Shown here in pieces: positions 30,101 through 38,384 of a DNA stretch of 64,000 bases; position 1 is the first letter of the stretch, and each line of letters starts with the position of its first letter. The stretch spans positions 30,607-94,606 of the forward strand of contig JAFAYW010000339.1 of assembly GCA_019240125.1 (NCBI GenBank), written 5' to 3'. The DNA is from Alphaproteobacteria bacterium (GTDB taxonomy: Bacteria; Pseudomonadota; Alphaproteobacteria; ATCC43930; CGMCC-115725). Below the pieces are notes generated by a model. That model did not search any database and had not been told where the DNA came from. It saw only the letters and a program-made list of their open reading frames with translations. The translations under genes and the position numbers were made by a program.

Positions 30101-32420
30101 CGATCTCGAACGGATTGGCGATGTGCTGCAAGGCGCCGGCGATGCGCCCGCCGCGCGCGCCTCCTATGACGAGGAGGTCGGCATCGTGCGCGGCCTCGGC
30201 CGGCTCGATCCGAGTAACACCGACTGGCAGCGCGAACTCGCGATCGGGCTAGAGCGGCAGGGCGACATGGCTGCGCAGGCCGGCGAGGCTGCCCCGGCTC
30301 TCGCCGCGTTTCATGAAGAGCTGACGATCTTCCGCCGCCTAGTCGAGCGCGATTCCGCCAATGCGCAATGGCAGCACGACCTTTCTCTGGCGCTGGAACG
30401 CACCGGCGACATCGAGTGGCAGCGCGGCGATCAGGACGCGGCGATGGCGGCGCATCGCGAGGCGCTGGCGCTTCGGCGCAAAGCAGTGGAGCGCGATCCG
30501 CAGAACGTCGATGTGCAGCACGCGCTGTCGGTCAGTCTCGAACGCATCGGCGATATCGAATCGGAGCGCGGCAGCGCCGCCGCGGCGCTTGCCGCGTATG
30601 AGGAGGAGATGGCGATCAACCGCCGCCTCGCCGAGCGCGACCCCGGCAATATCGAATGGCAGAAAAACCTCGCGATCAGCCTCGAGCGTCGCGGCATGGT
30701 CAAACTGCGCACCGACGACACTTCGGCGGCGCTGGCCGCCTTCGGCGAAGAGGTCGAGCTTTTCCGCGACATCGTCAATCACGTGGCCGACAATCTCGAT
30801 TACCAGCGTGGCCTGTCCATCGCTCTGGAAAAGCAGACCGGCGCCTACCAGCACGTCGGCGACGTTGTGAAGGCGCTGACGGTTGAACAGGAGGTCTTGA
30901 CGATCCGCCGCAAGCTGATCGGCCATAACCCCGGCAACAGCGACTGGCAGGACGACCTCGCCATCGCGCTGACCACGATCGGCGATCTGAAATCGCTGCA
31001 GCAGGACACCAAGGCTGCCATGGCGGCACACCAGGAAGCCTTGACCATCCGCCGCAAATTGGCCGAGCACGACCCCGATGATGCGACGCGGCAGCATGCG
31101 CTGGCCGTCAGTCTGGAACGCCTTGGCGATCTGGATATCCAGGCAAAGGACGATAGCGGTGCCAAGACTTTTTTCAGCGAGGAATTGGCGATCATCCGAA
31201 AGATCGCGGCGCGCGACCCCGGCAATCGTGGTTGGCAGCATGACGTCGCCGCGGCGCTGGAGCGCGAGGGGCTTGGCCATATATTCGCGGGAGAGATCGC
31301 GGCGGCGCTAAATGACAATCAGGAGGCGCTGGCGCTGCACCGCTCCCTCGCCGCCGCCGATCCCGGCAATATCGACTTCCAGGAGGAGCTGGCGCGCAGC
31401 CTCGATCGGGTCGGCACGCTGCAGCAGCGCGCCGGCGATCATACGGCCGCACAGACGATCTTGACCGACGCTGTCAATGTCCGGCGCGCATTGTTGCAGC
31501 ACGCGCCGGACGACACCGAGAAACAGCGCGCTCTCGCCACCGTCCTCGGCGACTTTGCCGACGCGGCGTCGCAAAGCGGCGACAAGCTAGCCGCGATTGC
31601 CGCGCTCAGCGAGCAGGCGCAATTGACCCGGCGCAGCGCCGATGCCACCCCCGCCGACAAAACCCTGCGTCGCACGCTGGCGGCGACGCTTGACAAGCTC
31701 GGCGACCTGCAGCGGCAGGGCGGCGACAACCCGGCGGCGGCCGCGACTTACAGTGAAGCAATCGACGCCTACCGCGCGCTGGCGCAGGCAGTGCCGGGTG
31801 ATGCCGGGGCGCAGCGCGCCGTGGCGGTCGAGCTCAACAAGGCGGGCGACACGCAAGTTGCGGCTGGCGATACGGCGGCAGCATTAGCGCCGTTCAACCA
31901 GGCACTCGCCATAATGCGCGGCATCGTCCATGACAGCCCGAAGAACCCGCTCTGGCAACGCGACCTCTCGGTGACGTTGACCCGGATCGCGCAGGCGACG
32001 CTGCGTGGCGGCGACAGCGCTGCGGCAATCTCCTCCTATCGAGAGGCACTTGATCTGCGCAACCAAATCGCCGACGCCGACCCAGCCAACATCGCCGCGC
32101 AACAGGAAGCGGCTGTTGTCGCGACGAGCCTCGGCGATGCCGAAATGGCGGTGCAGAACAAGGCGGCCGCCTTGGCGGCGTATCGCCAGAGCCTGACCCG
32201 GGCGCGCCAGCTGGCCCAGCGTGATCCGGGGCGCGTCGAGTGGCAAACCGGTGAAATCCTCGTGCTCGGCAAGATTGCCGCCGCCGCGGCGGAGGCGGAT
32301 CGCACCGCGGCGCTCGGCGAAGCGCTGGAGATCGCCGACCGGCTGGCCCATGATGGCAAGCTGAAGGGCGAGCAGGCCGCCTGGCCTGACCAGCTTCGCA
32401 AGCTGCTGGCCAAGGACTAA
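27126..32420 (+). CDS. Giant STAND NTPase (1764 aa): DUF4062-type TIR-like N-terminal domain - P-loop NTPase - single TM helix - about 20 TPR-like repeats
   Basis: N-terminus VRIFVSSPADVGHERRRV...CDIVVAIFRARLG...SGTAYEVLTAI (DUF4062 pattern). PFRGLAAFGAKHAPVFFGRSRD precedes Walker A LLVVGASGSGKSSLARAGLLPRL (27867-27890). Walker B is DLVILVDQLDELF. Hydrophobic helix LTAAAAGIFALLAISATGAGIVAF (~29205-29276). The rest is repeated DP.N..WQ.DLA.SLER.GD......GD...AL.AY.E.L.I.R.LA units. Confidence 0.9.
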   Translation: MARTVRIFVSSPADVGHERRRVDRVVARLNGEFAGVVRLETIRWETEFYRAHATFQEQIPAAANCDIVVAIFRARLGTELPPEFERLPDGTPYPSGTAYEVLTAIAARQSGVLPDVYVFRYPEPPTVRLDDPEAVQIETQWQRLKAFFDKWFVAAEGPFKAAFHAYRSVDDLEDQLDRLLRGWLEDNVLHGRAVAWPIALKGSPFRGLAAFGAKHAPVFFGRSRDIARAIDRWREAAERRAAFLLVVGASGSGKSSLARAGLLPRLTAPGVAPEVDLWRAAVLRPSEAADGPVMSLAMRLLDGEPDIPETESGRPPAIPELAVSDYRTPLELAALLAHADAAALAPLLRALDRVGEEARAQQGYERPVRADLVILVDQLDELFAAEIAPDERARFAKLLRLMAESGRVWVVATLRADLYERFLAEADLLALKGAGASYDLAAPGPAELAEIVRKPAEAAELQFERDTASGEALDERLLRDADRPDMLPLLQLALNRLFEERISAGSDTRLSLAAYQALGGLAGIIDREAEGAVADLGEAEQTRLPRLLRRLATVTPGNAGAASLTIRTVPLAEAAPDEPSRRLVERLVEARILLTSGEGAEAGVHLAHQRVLSDWQRARELVATNQDFYRIREEVEAQRRRWHGVGGRSDLLLPRGLPLAEAESVAARFGDELAPETRAFIAASSRRAHLRQRLTAAAAGIFALLAISATGAGIVAFSERHRALEQQALAETEKNRAQRNLAAAKQAVHGLVFDIAQGMRSQAGVGAATIQKVLDRVQATVDRLSQEAPDDVELSVDRATMFDEFARTFLAAGDLAAAAKSADAALTIMRALAAAHPDDRHRQDDLAVILDRTAEIKWRSGDIPAALTQYEESAGIVRQLVAAAPDDPRYQRDLALSLSNIADMKLKSGDSATALASYQQALAIHRRLATTDPTATEPQRDVAVLLNRTADVQLQLGDTKSALAAYREALAIDRKLAAEDAGNVEWQHDVAVDLERIGDVLQGAGDAPAARASYDEEVGIVRGLGRLDPSNTDWQRELAIGLERQGDMAAQAGEAAPALAAFHEELTIFRRLVERDSANAQWQHDLSLALERTGDIEWQRGDQDAAMAAHREALALRRKAVERDPQNVDVQHALSVSLERIGDIESERGSAAAALAAYEEEMAINRRLAERDPGNIEWQKNLAISLERRGMVKLRTDDTSAALAAFGEEVELFRDIVNHVADNLDYQRGLSIALEKQTGAYQHVGDVVKALTVEQEVLTIRRKLIGHNPGNSDWQDDLAIALTTIGDLKSLQQDTKAAMAAHQEALTIRRKLAEHDPDDATRQHALAVSLERLGDLDIQAKDDSGAKTFFSEELAIIRKIAARDPGNRGWQHDVAAALEREGLGHIFAGEIAAALNDNQEALALHRSLAAADPGNIDFQEELARSLDRVGTLQQRAGDHTAAQTILTDAVNVRRALLQHAPDDTEKQRALATVLGDFADAASQSGDKLAAIAALSEQAQLTRRSADATPADKTLRRTLAATLDKLGDLQRQGGDNPAAAATYSEAIDAYRALAQAVPGDAGAQRAVAVELNKAGDTQVAAGDTAAALAPFNQALAIMRGIVHDSPKNPLWQRDLSVTLTRIAQATLRGGDSAAAISSYREALDLRNQIADADPANIAAQQEAAVVATSLGDAEMAVQNKAAALAAYRQSLTRARQLAQRDPGRVEWQTGEILVLGKIAAAAAEADRTAALGEALEIADRLAHDGKLKGEQAAWPDQLRKLLAKD
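29485..32417 (+). repeat. About 20 tandem ~48-codon TPR-like coding repeats within CDS 27126..32420
   Basis: Anchors (A/D)P(D/G)(D/N)xxxQ recur about 20 times (APDDVELS, HPDDRHRQ, APDDPRYQ, DPTATEPQ, DAGNVEWQ, DPSNTDWQ, DSANAQWQ, DPQNVDVQ, DPGNIEWQ ... DPGRVEWQ). Confidence 0.75.
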
Positions 32421-32587
32421 CCGCTGGCAGGCGCGGCGCCCAACGGCGTGCCAGCCCATCCTGACCAGCCGCTGCCGATCAAAGCGCAACGCACGCGGCG
32501 GCAGGATGCGCTCTCCTGGCGTTCTTGGCGTTACCTAGGACGGGCCGTCCCGAACCCTCACGCAACGCATACTTTCCGAAAGGCGCC

Positions 32588-33931
32588 ATGGCCAGACGCA
32601 CAGCCGCACACACCGGCGGGTTGGGGCTTGAACGCAAAGCCGTTGCGGCGGTCGTGTTGGGCAACGCGCTCGAATTCTATGATTTCACCATCTATGCCTT
32701 TTTCGCGAAGGCTATCGGCGAGACCTATTTCCCGGCCAAAGATGCGATCGACAGCTTGCTCGCCTCACTGGCGCTGTTCGGCATCGGCTACGTCATGCGC
32801 CCGATCGGCGGCATCGTCATCGGTGCCTTCGCCGATCGTGCGGGTCGCAAGCCCGCGATGCTGATCACCATCGCGCTGATGGCGGTCGGCATGCTGATGC
32901 TCGCATTGACGCCAGGCTATGCGACGCTGGGGATCCGTGCGCAGGCGATCGTCATTATCGGACGGCTTATCCAGGGCCTCGCGCTGGGCGGCGAGGTCGG
33001 ACCCTCGACCGCTTACCTGCTGGAAGCGGCTCCCACCGAGCGGCGCGGCTTTGTCGCCAGCTGGCAGATCGCGAGCCAAGGCTGCGCCGCCCTGTTCGCC
33101 GGCATCGTGGCCTCGCTGCTGACCCTGGTGATCGGCGACCAGGCCATGAGCGGCTGGGGCTGGCGACTGATGTTCCTGCTTGGCATTGGTGTTGTTCCGA
33201 TCGGACTAATCATTCGCAGCCACCTGCCCGAAACTGCGGGCGCAGATAAGGATCCGGCCGCTGCGGCGTCGAGTGTCGCGGTGCTGCATCGCCTGCTGCG
33301 CGAACACGGCCGCTTGCTGGTATTGACCTTCCTCGTTGTGGCCGCGTCGACGGTTTCAAACTCTATCGGCACGAACATGCCGGTCTATGCGGGCTCAACT
33401 CTCGGCCTGACCGAAACCGTCTCCAATGCCGTGCCGATCGCGTTGGGCGGTGCGTCAATTCTGTTTCCGCTGCTGGGTGGCTGGCTCGCCGACCGGATAG
33501 GACGGCGCCCGGTGATGATCTGGCCGCGCGTGCTCATCGTCGCCGCGGCTATGCCTGCCTTTACCTGGCTGATTCAGGAGCCGACCGCGGGCGCCGTCTA
33601 CACAGTGACGTTCCTGCTCTCCGCCCTGTCTTCGGTGAACGCGGCGGCGATCATCGTCGCTATTCCGGAGGCGCTCCCGCGCGTCGTGCGCAGCGCCGGC
33701 CTGTCAATCGTCTATGCCCTGTCCGTTTCGCTGTTCGGCGGCAGCACGAATTACATCGTAAATAAATTGATCGCCGTGACGGGGGACAAGTTGGCGCCGG
33801 CTTATTATCTCGTCGCCTTCAGCATCGTGGGATCTGTAGCGGCCATGCTGATGCCCGAAACCTGGGGTAAGGACCTCGACAGGGCTGAAGGAACTGTGCG
33901 GCAGGCGGCGCCCAGCCTCGCCGACAGCTAA
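32588..33931 (+). CDS. MFS transporter, metabolite:H+ symporter (MHS) type
   Basis: The internal ATG at 32588 (MARRTAAH) is preferred over 32525. GNALEFYDFTIYAFFA, MRPIGGIVIGAFADRAGRKP and the 12-TM pattern are typical of the MHS family (ProP/KgtP/CitA-like). Confidence 0.85.
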   Translation: MARRTAAHTGGLGLERKAVAAVVLGNALEFYDFTIYAFFAKAIGETYFPAKDAIDSLLASLALFGIGYVMRPIGGIVIGAFADRAGRKPAMLITIALMAVGMLMLALTPGYATLGIRAQAIVIIGRLIQGLALGGEVGPSTAYLLEAAPTERRGFVASWQIASQGCAALFAGIVASLLTLVIGDQAMSGWGWRLMFLLGIGVVPIGLIIRSHLPETAGADKDPAAAASSVAVLHRLLREHGRLLVLTFLVVAASTVSNSIGTNMPVYAGSTLGLTETVSNAVPIALGGASILFPLLGGWLADRIGRRPVMIWPRVLIVAAAMPAFTWLIQEPTAGAVYTVTFLLSALSSVNAAAIIVAIPEALPRVVRSAGLSIVYALSVSLFGGSTNYIVNKLIAVTGDKLAPAYYLVAFSIVGSVAAMLMPETWGKDLDRAEGTVRQAAPSLADS

Positions 33932-34146
33932 GCCTCGTTCAGTCCGGCACCGCGCGCGCCGAGAAATGCTATTCCCTTTGCGGTGAGCTGCAGCGGCGAG
34001 GCGGGATGATCCTGCGTCGCCGCCGCATAGCCTTCATGGAGAAGCCGCTCCACATCGTGGCGATTATCGGCGGTAAGCGTGGACAGATCATACTCGCCGA
34101 TGTCGCAGAGCAGCGCGATCTGGGTATTCGTCAGATCGTCGGTCAA
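33928..34146 (-). CDS. Small hypothetical protein (72 aa, TTG start)
   Basis: ORF track 33928..34146. TDDLTNTQIALLCDIGEYDLSTLTADNRHDVERLLHEGYAAA...LQLTAKGIAFLG is protein-like. The non-ATG start lowers confidence. Confidence 0.35.
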   Translation of the reverse strand: MTDDLTNTQIALLCDIGEYDLSTLTADNRHDVERLLHEGYAAATQDHPASPLQLTAKGIAFLGARGAGLNEA

Positions 34147-34277
34147 TCGAATGAGTCCGAACTTGCGGTCATCACAGCACCCTCCATGAGTGTACCTGAC
34201 TCAACGGTGAATCGGGCTCGATTGCTCCACAGCAACCGGTGTTTCTGAACCTTGGGCGCGGCCAACCCTAAGCGCCG

Positions 34278-35543
34278 TCAGGGGCCGCGGCGGGCACCGA
34301 TGTCGCTACGGCAGAAGCCGCCGGTCCACTCAATGCCGCCGATCGCGCGGTAGGCACGCTCCCGAGCAGCGGCAAGGTCGCGCCCAAGCGCGGTGACGCC
34401 CAGCACGCGGCCGCCATCGGCGACGATCCGGCTGCCATCTCGCCTGGTGCCGGCGTGGAAGATTTTGACATCGGCATCATTGCCGGCCTCTTCGAGGCCC
34501 CGGATTTCGCTGCCGCGTTGTGGATCGTCGGGATAGCCATTGGCTGCCATCACGACGCACAGCGCCGCCTCGTCATGCCAGCGCAAATCGACATCGCGCA
34601 GGTTGCCGTCGCGGGCAGCGATCAGGGCGGGCAGCAGGTCGCTCTTGAGCCGCATCATCAGCGTCTGGCACTCCGGGTCGCCGAAACGAACGTTATATTC
34701 GAGCAGTTTCGGACCTTCGCTGGTCAGCATCAGCCCGGCGAACAGCACGCCCTTGAACGGCCGCCCCTTGCGCCGCATCGCCGCCACTGTCGGCCGGATG
34801 ATGCGTTGCATCACCGACGCCTCCACCGTGGGCGTCATCGACCGCACCGGCGAGTAAGCCCCCATGCCGCCGGTATTGGGACCCGTGTCGCCATCGCCGA
34901 CTCGCTTGTGATCCTGTGCGGAGGCCAGCGGCAGCGCCTCGTTGCCATCGACCAATGCGAAAAAGCTAGCCTCCTCCCCCGCGAGAAATTCCTCGACGAT
35001 GATCTCCGCCCCCGCCGCGCCGAACCGGCCGCCGAGCGCCGCATCGACGGCCCCGTTCGCTTCAGCGACACTGGCGGCGACCATCACGCCCTTACCCGCG
35101 GCGAGCCCGTCAGCCTTGACGACGATCGGCGCACCTTGGGCGGCGATATAGGCTTTGGCGGCGCTGGCGTCGGTAAAGCGGCGATACGCGGCGGTCGGGA
35201 TGCCTTCGCGCGCGCACAAATCCTTCATGAACGATTTGGAGCCCTCCAGCGCCGCCGCCGCCGCACTCGGCCCAAACGCGGCGATGCCCGCGGCCTCCAG
35301 CGCATCGACCAGCCCGGCAACAAGCGGCGCCTCCGGCCCGACGACGACGAAATCGATCTGCTCGCGCCGGCAGAACTTGATGATCCCCAGGGTGTCGTTG
35401 GCGGCGATCGGCACACATTCAGCCTCGTCGGCAATGCCGGCATTGCCCGGCGCACAGTAGAGGTTGTCGACCAGCGGCGACGCCGCGATCGCCCAGGCCA
35501 GGGCATGCTCCCGTCCACCCGACCCGACCACCAGAACCCGCAT
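34278..35543 (-). CDS. purD: Phosphoribosylamine--glycine ligase
   Basis: [23 protein letters not shown]..., an ATP-grasp pattern and [12 protein letters not shown]. Start placed at the second of two adjacent ATGs (35543; the other is at 35546), 5 nt after GGAGG. The long ORF-track N-terminus (to 35762) is not PurD-like. Confidence 0.95.
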   Translation of the reverse strand: MRVLVVGSGGREHALAWAIAASPLVDNLYCAPGNAGIADEAECVPIAANDTLGIIKFCRREQIDFVVVGPEAPLVAGLVDALEAAGIAAFGPSAAAAALEGSKSFMKDLCAREGIPTAAYRRFTDASAAKAYIAAQGAPIVVKADGLAAGKGVMVAASVAEANGAVDAALGGRFGAAGAEIIVEEFLAGEEASFFALVDGNEALPLASAQDHKRVGDGDTGPNTGGMGAYSPVRSMTPTVEASVMQRIIRPTVAAMRRKGRPFKGVLFAGLMLTSEGPKLLEYNVRFGDPECQTLMMRLKSDLLPALIAARDGNLRDVDLRWHDEAALCVVMAANGYPDDPQRGSEIRGLEEAGNDADVKIFHAGTRRDGSRIVADGGRVLGVTALGRDLAAARERAYRAIGGIEWTGGFCRSDIGARRGP

Positions 35544-35591
35544 CATCGCCTCCGCATCGCGCTTATCCTCCGCCTCCGTTAACATGGGGCG

Positions 35592-37028
35592 ATGAATGAT
35601 TTGCCGCTTGCCGCGCCGCTCCGCTCCAGTCCCGGGGCAAACCTGCCGGAATATACCGTCTCCGAGCTGTCGCTGGCGCTGAAACGCTCCATCGAGGAGG
35701 GGTTTGCGCATGTTCGGGTGCGTGGCGAAATCTCCGGCTACAAGCGGCACGGCTCCGGGCACTGCTACTTCGCGCTGAAGGATGCCGACGCGCTGTTAGA
35801 CGCGGTGTGCTGGCGTAATACCGCGATCCGCCTGCCGATCCGCCCCGAAGACGGCATGGAGGTGGTGTGCAGCGGCCGGCTCACAACCTACCCGGGCCGC
35901 TCGAAATATCAGCTCGTCGTCGATTCGATCGAACTCGCCGGCAAGGGTGCGCTCCTGAAGCTGCTCGAAGAGCGGCGCCAGCGGCTTGCCGCCGAGGGGC
36001 TCTTCGCGGCCGAGCGCAAACGCAAATTGCCGTTTCTGCCGGGCGTGATCGGCATTGTTACCTCGCCGACCGGGGCGGTGATCCGCGACATCCTGCACCG
36101 TCTGGCCGACCGCTTCCCCCGGCACGTACTGGTGTGGCCGGTGGCGGTCCAGGGCGACGGCGCGGCTGCCCAGGTCGCGGCGGCGATCGATGGCTTCAAC
36201 CGCATCGCCCCAGGCGGGCGGGTGCCGCGACCAGACCTGATCATCGTCGCGCGTGGCGGCGGCAGCCTCGAAGATTTGATGGCGTTCAACGAGGAAATCG
36301 TCGTCCGCGCGGCGGCGGCCTCGACCATCGCGCTGATCTCGGCGGTCGGGCATGAGACCGACACAACGCTGATCGACCATGCCGCCGACCGCCGCGCCCC
36401 CACTCCCACCGCCGCCGCCGAGATGGCGGTGCCGGTGCGACTCGATCTGGTGGCCGAGCTCGGCAACAAATCGGCCCGGCTCGCCGGCGGGCTGAGCCGG
36501 CTGTTCAGCGAGCGGCGTCTGCATCTGACCGGGCTGGCGCGCGGCCTGCCCGACCCGCAAGATCTGCTGGGCGCCGCGGCGCAACGGCTCGATGACCGTA
36601 GCGAGCGCTTGCGGCTGGCCCTGCGTGGCCGGCTCGCTTCCGCGAAACAGCGGCTCGATGTGGCGGGCGCGGGGTTGCGCCCGGCCACCTTGGCCGCCGA
36701 TATAAGCCGGGCGCGCGAGCGCTATGTCGAGATCGAGCGCCGGCTTGCCGCGGCGATGCTGCGCAGCCTCGCGGTAAAGCATGACGCGCTGGATAATTTC
36801 GCCGGGCGGCTGGCGACCCATTCCGAGCATCACGAAAGCCTGCTGGCGCGCGGCTATGCGGTGGTATGGGACGCCAAGGGCAAGCTGGTCGAGGATGCGA
36901 CGACCGTCAGGCCGGGTGCGTCACTCGAACTGGAGTTCTACAACGGTAAGGTCGGCGTCATCGCCGGCGGGTCGCGGCGCCCGGTTCGCCGCTCAAAACC
37001 GCTCGAGGGCCAAGGCAGCCTCTTTTGA
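35592..37028 (+). CDS. xseA: Exodeoxyribonuclease VII large subunit
   Basis: [44 protein letters not shown] (OB fold), [19 protein letters not shown] and [18 protein letters not shown] motifs. Confidence 0.95.
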   Translation: MNDLPLAAPLRSSPGANLPEYTVSELSLALKRSIEEGFAHVRVRGEISGYKRHGSGHCYFALKDADALLDAVCWRNTAIRLPIRPEDGMEVVCSGRLTTYPGRSKYQLVVDSIELAGKGALLKLLEERRQRLAAEGLFAAERKRKLPFLPGVIGIVTSPTGAVIRDILHRLADRFPRHVLVWPVAVQGDGAAAQVAAAIDGFNRIAPGGRVPRPDLIIVARGGGSLEDLMAFNEEIVVRAAAASTIALISAVGHETDTTLIDHAADRRAPTPTAAAEMAVPVRLDLVAELGNKSARLAGGLSRLFSERRLHLTGLARGLPDPQDLLGAAAQRLDDRSERLRLALRGRLASAKQRLDVAGAGLRPATLAADISRARERYVEIERRLAAAMLRSLAVKHDALDNFAGRLATHSEHHESLLARGYAVVWDAKGKLVEDATTVRPGASLELEFYNGKVGVIAGGSRRPVRRSKPLEGQGSLF

Positions 37029-37055
37029 GCAAGATTCAGGATTGGAGAATAGGGA

Positions 37056-37775
37056 ATGCGACCGTCAGGACGTGCCGCGGAAATCATGCGGCCGATCAGC
37101 CTGGAGCCGGGTGCGGCGAAATACGCCGAGGGCTCATGCCTCGCGAAGTTTGGCGACACGCACGTGCTGTGCGCCGCGACAATCGAGGAGCGCGTACCGC
37201 CCTTCCTGCGCAACACCGGGCGCGGCTGGGTAACGGCCGAGTACGGCATGCTGCCGCGCTCCACGCATACCCGGACCGACCGCGAGGCGAGTCGCGGCAA
37301 GCAGAGCGGCCGCACCCAGGAAATCCAGCGACTGATCGGCCGCAGCCTGCGGGCGGTGACTGATCTGGCGGCGCTCGGCGAACGGCAAATCCGCATCGAT
37401 TGCGATGTGTTGCAGGCCGATGGCGGCACCCGCACCGCCGCGATCACCGGCAGCTATGTCGCATTGCACCAGGCGCTCGGCAAACTGGTCACGGCCGGAT
37501 TGCTGCCGGCGATGCCGCTGCATGACAGTGTCGCGGCGATCTCGTGCGGCGTGTTTGAGGGCGAGGCCGTGCTCGACCTCGACTATCCCGAGGATTCGAA
37601 GGCCGAGACTGATGCCAATTTCGTGCTGACCGGCAAGGGCGGCATCGTCGAAATCCAGGCCACCGCCGAGGGTGCGCCGTTCGACGAGATCACCTTTACC
37701 CGCATGCTGGCCCTGGCGCGGCTCGGCATCGGGGAATTGACGCGCAAACAGCTTACCGCGCTGGGCCTCGGCTGA
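37056..37775 (+). CDS. rph: Ribonuclease PH
   Basis: [19 protein letters not shown]...[16 protein letters not shown]...[21 protein letters not shown]...[15 protein letters not shown] is the canonical RNase PH sequence. Confidence 0.97.
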   Translation: MRPSGRAAEIMRPISLEPGAAKYAEGSCLAKFGDTHVLCAATIEERVPPFLRNTGRGWVTAEYGMLPRSTHTRTDREASRGKQSGRTQEIQRLIGRSLRAVTDLAALGERQIRIDCDVLQADGGTRTAAITGSYVALHQALGKLVTAGLLPAMPLHDSVAAISCGVFEGEAVLDLDYPEDSKAETDANFVLTGKGGIVEIQATAEGAPFDEITFTRMLALARLGIGELTRKQLTALGLG

Positions 37776-37778
37776 ACC

Positions 37779-38384
37779 ATGACGCGGCGTATCGCGCGCG
37801 GCGAACGGCTCGTGGTGGCGAGCCACAATCTCGGGAAAGTTGTCGAGATCGAGGCGCTGCTGGCACCGTTCGCCATTACCACCATCGGCGCTGCCGTCTT
37901 GGGGCTGCCGGAGCCGGAGGAAACCGGTGACACGTTCGAGGCCAATGCCGCGCTCAAGGCCGAGGCCGCCGCTCAGCGCAGCGGCATCCTGTCACTATCC
38001 GACGATTCCGGGCTGGTGGTACCGGCAATTGGCGGATCCCCCGGCATCTATTCGGCGCGCTGGGCTGGGCCGGGCAAGGATTTCGCGGTTGCGATGGAGC
38101 GGGTACAGCGCGAACTCCGCGAGGGCGACCGGCGCGCCTATTTCGTCGCGGTCTTGGCATTGGCCTGGCCGGACGGCGGAGTCCAGCTGTTTCGCGGCGA
38201 GGCACACGGCAGCCTCGTCTGGCCGCCGCGCGGCGATCGCGGCTTTGGCTACGACCCGATGTTTGTGCCCGGGGGCGGTACGCTGACGTTCGGCGAGATG
38301 GACCCGGACGAGAAGCACCGCATCAGCCACCGCGCGCACGCTTTCGAGAAACTGGTCGCGGCATGTCTCGCGGATGCCGGCTGA
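37779..38384 (+). CDS. rdgB: Non-canonical purine NTP pyrophosphatase (dITP/XTP pyrophosphatase)
   Basis: [61 protein letters not shown] and SHRAHAF are HAM1/RdgB family motifs. Confidence 0.93.
   Translation: MTRRIARGERLVVASHNLGKVVEIEALLAPFAITTIGAAVLGLPEPEETGDTFEANAALKAEAAAQRSGILSLSDDSGLVVPAIGGSPGIYSARWAGPGKDFAVAMERVQRELREGDRRAYFVAVLALAWPDGGVQLFRGEAHGSLVWPPRGDRGFGYDPMFVPGGGTLTFGEMDPDEKHRISHRAHAFEKLVAACLADAG

Noticed and set aside
27096-31318. Minus-strand ORFs inside the STAND gene (27096..27770, 27601..28416, 28113..29054, 30339..31280, 30845..31318)
   Set aside because: They lie opposite a 1764-aa frame with Walker motifs and a regular repeat structure. The antisense of a TPR-coding repeat naturally stays open in high-GC DNA, and no motifs were seen.
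29485-32417. Periodic ~144-bp DNA repetition that might suggest a CRISPR-like or satellite array
   Set aside because: The periodicity is in-frame, the units are diverged at DNA level, and they encode TPR-like helices within one long ORF. There are no short identical direct repeats with unique spacers.
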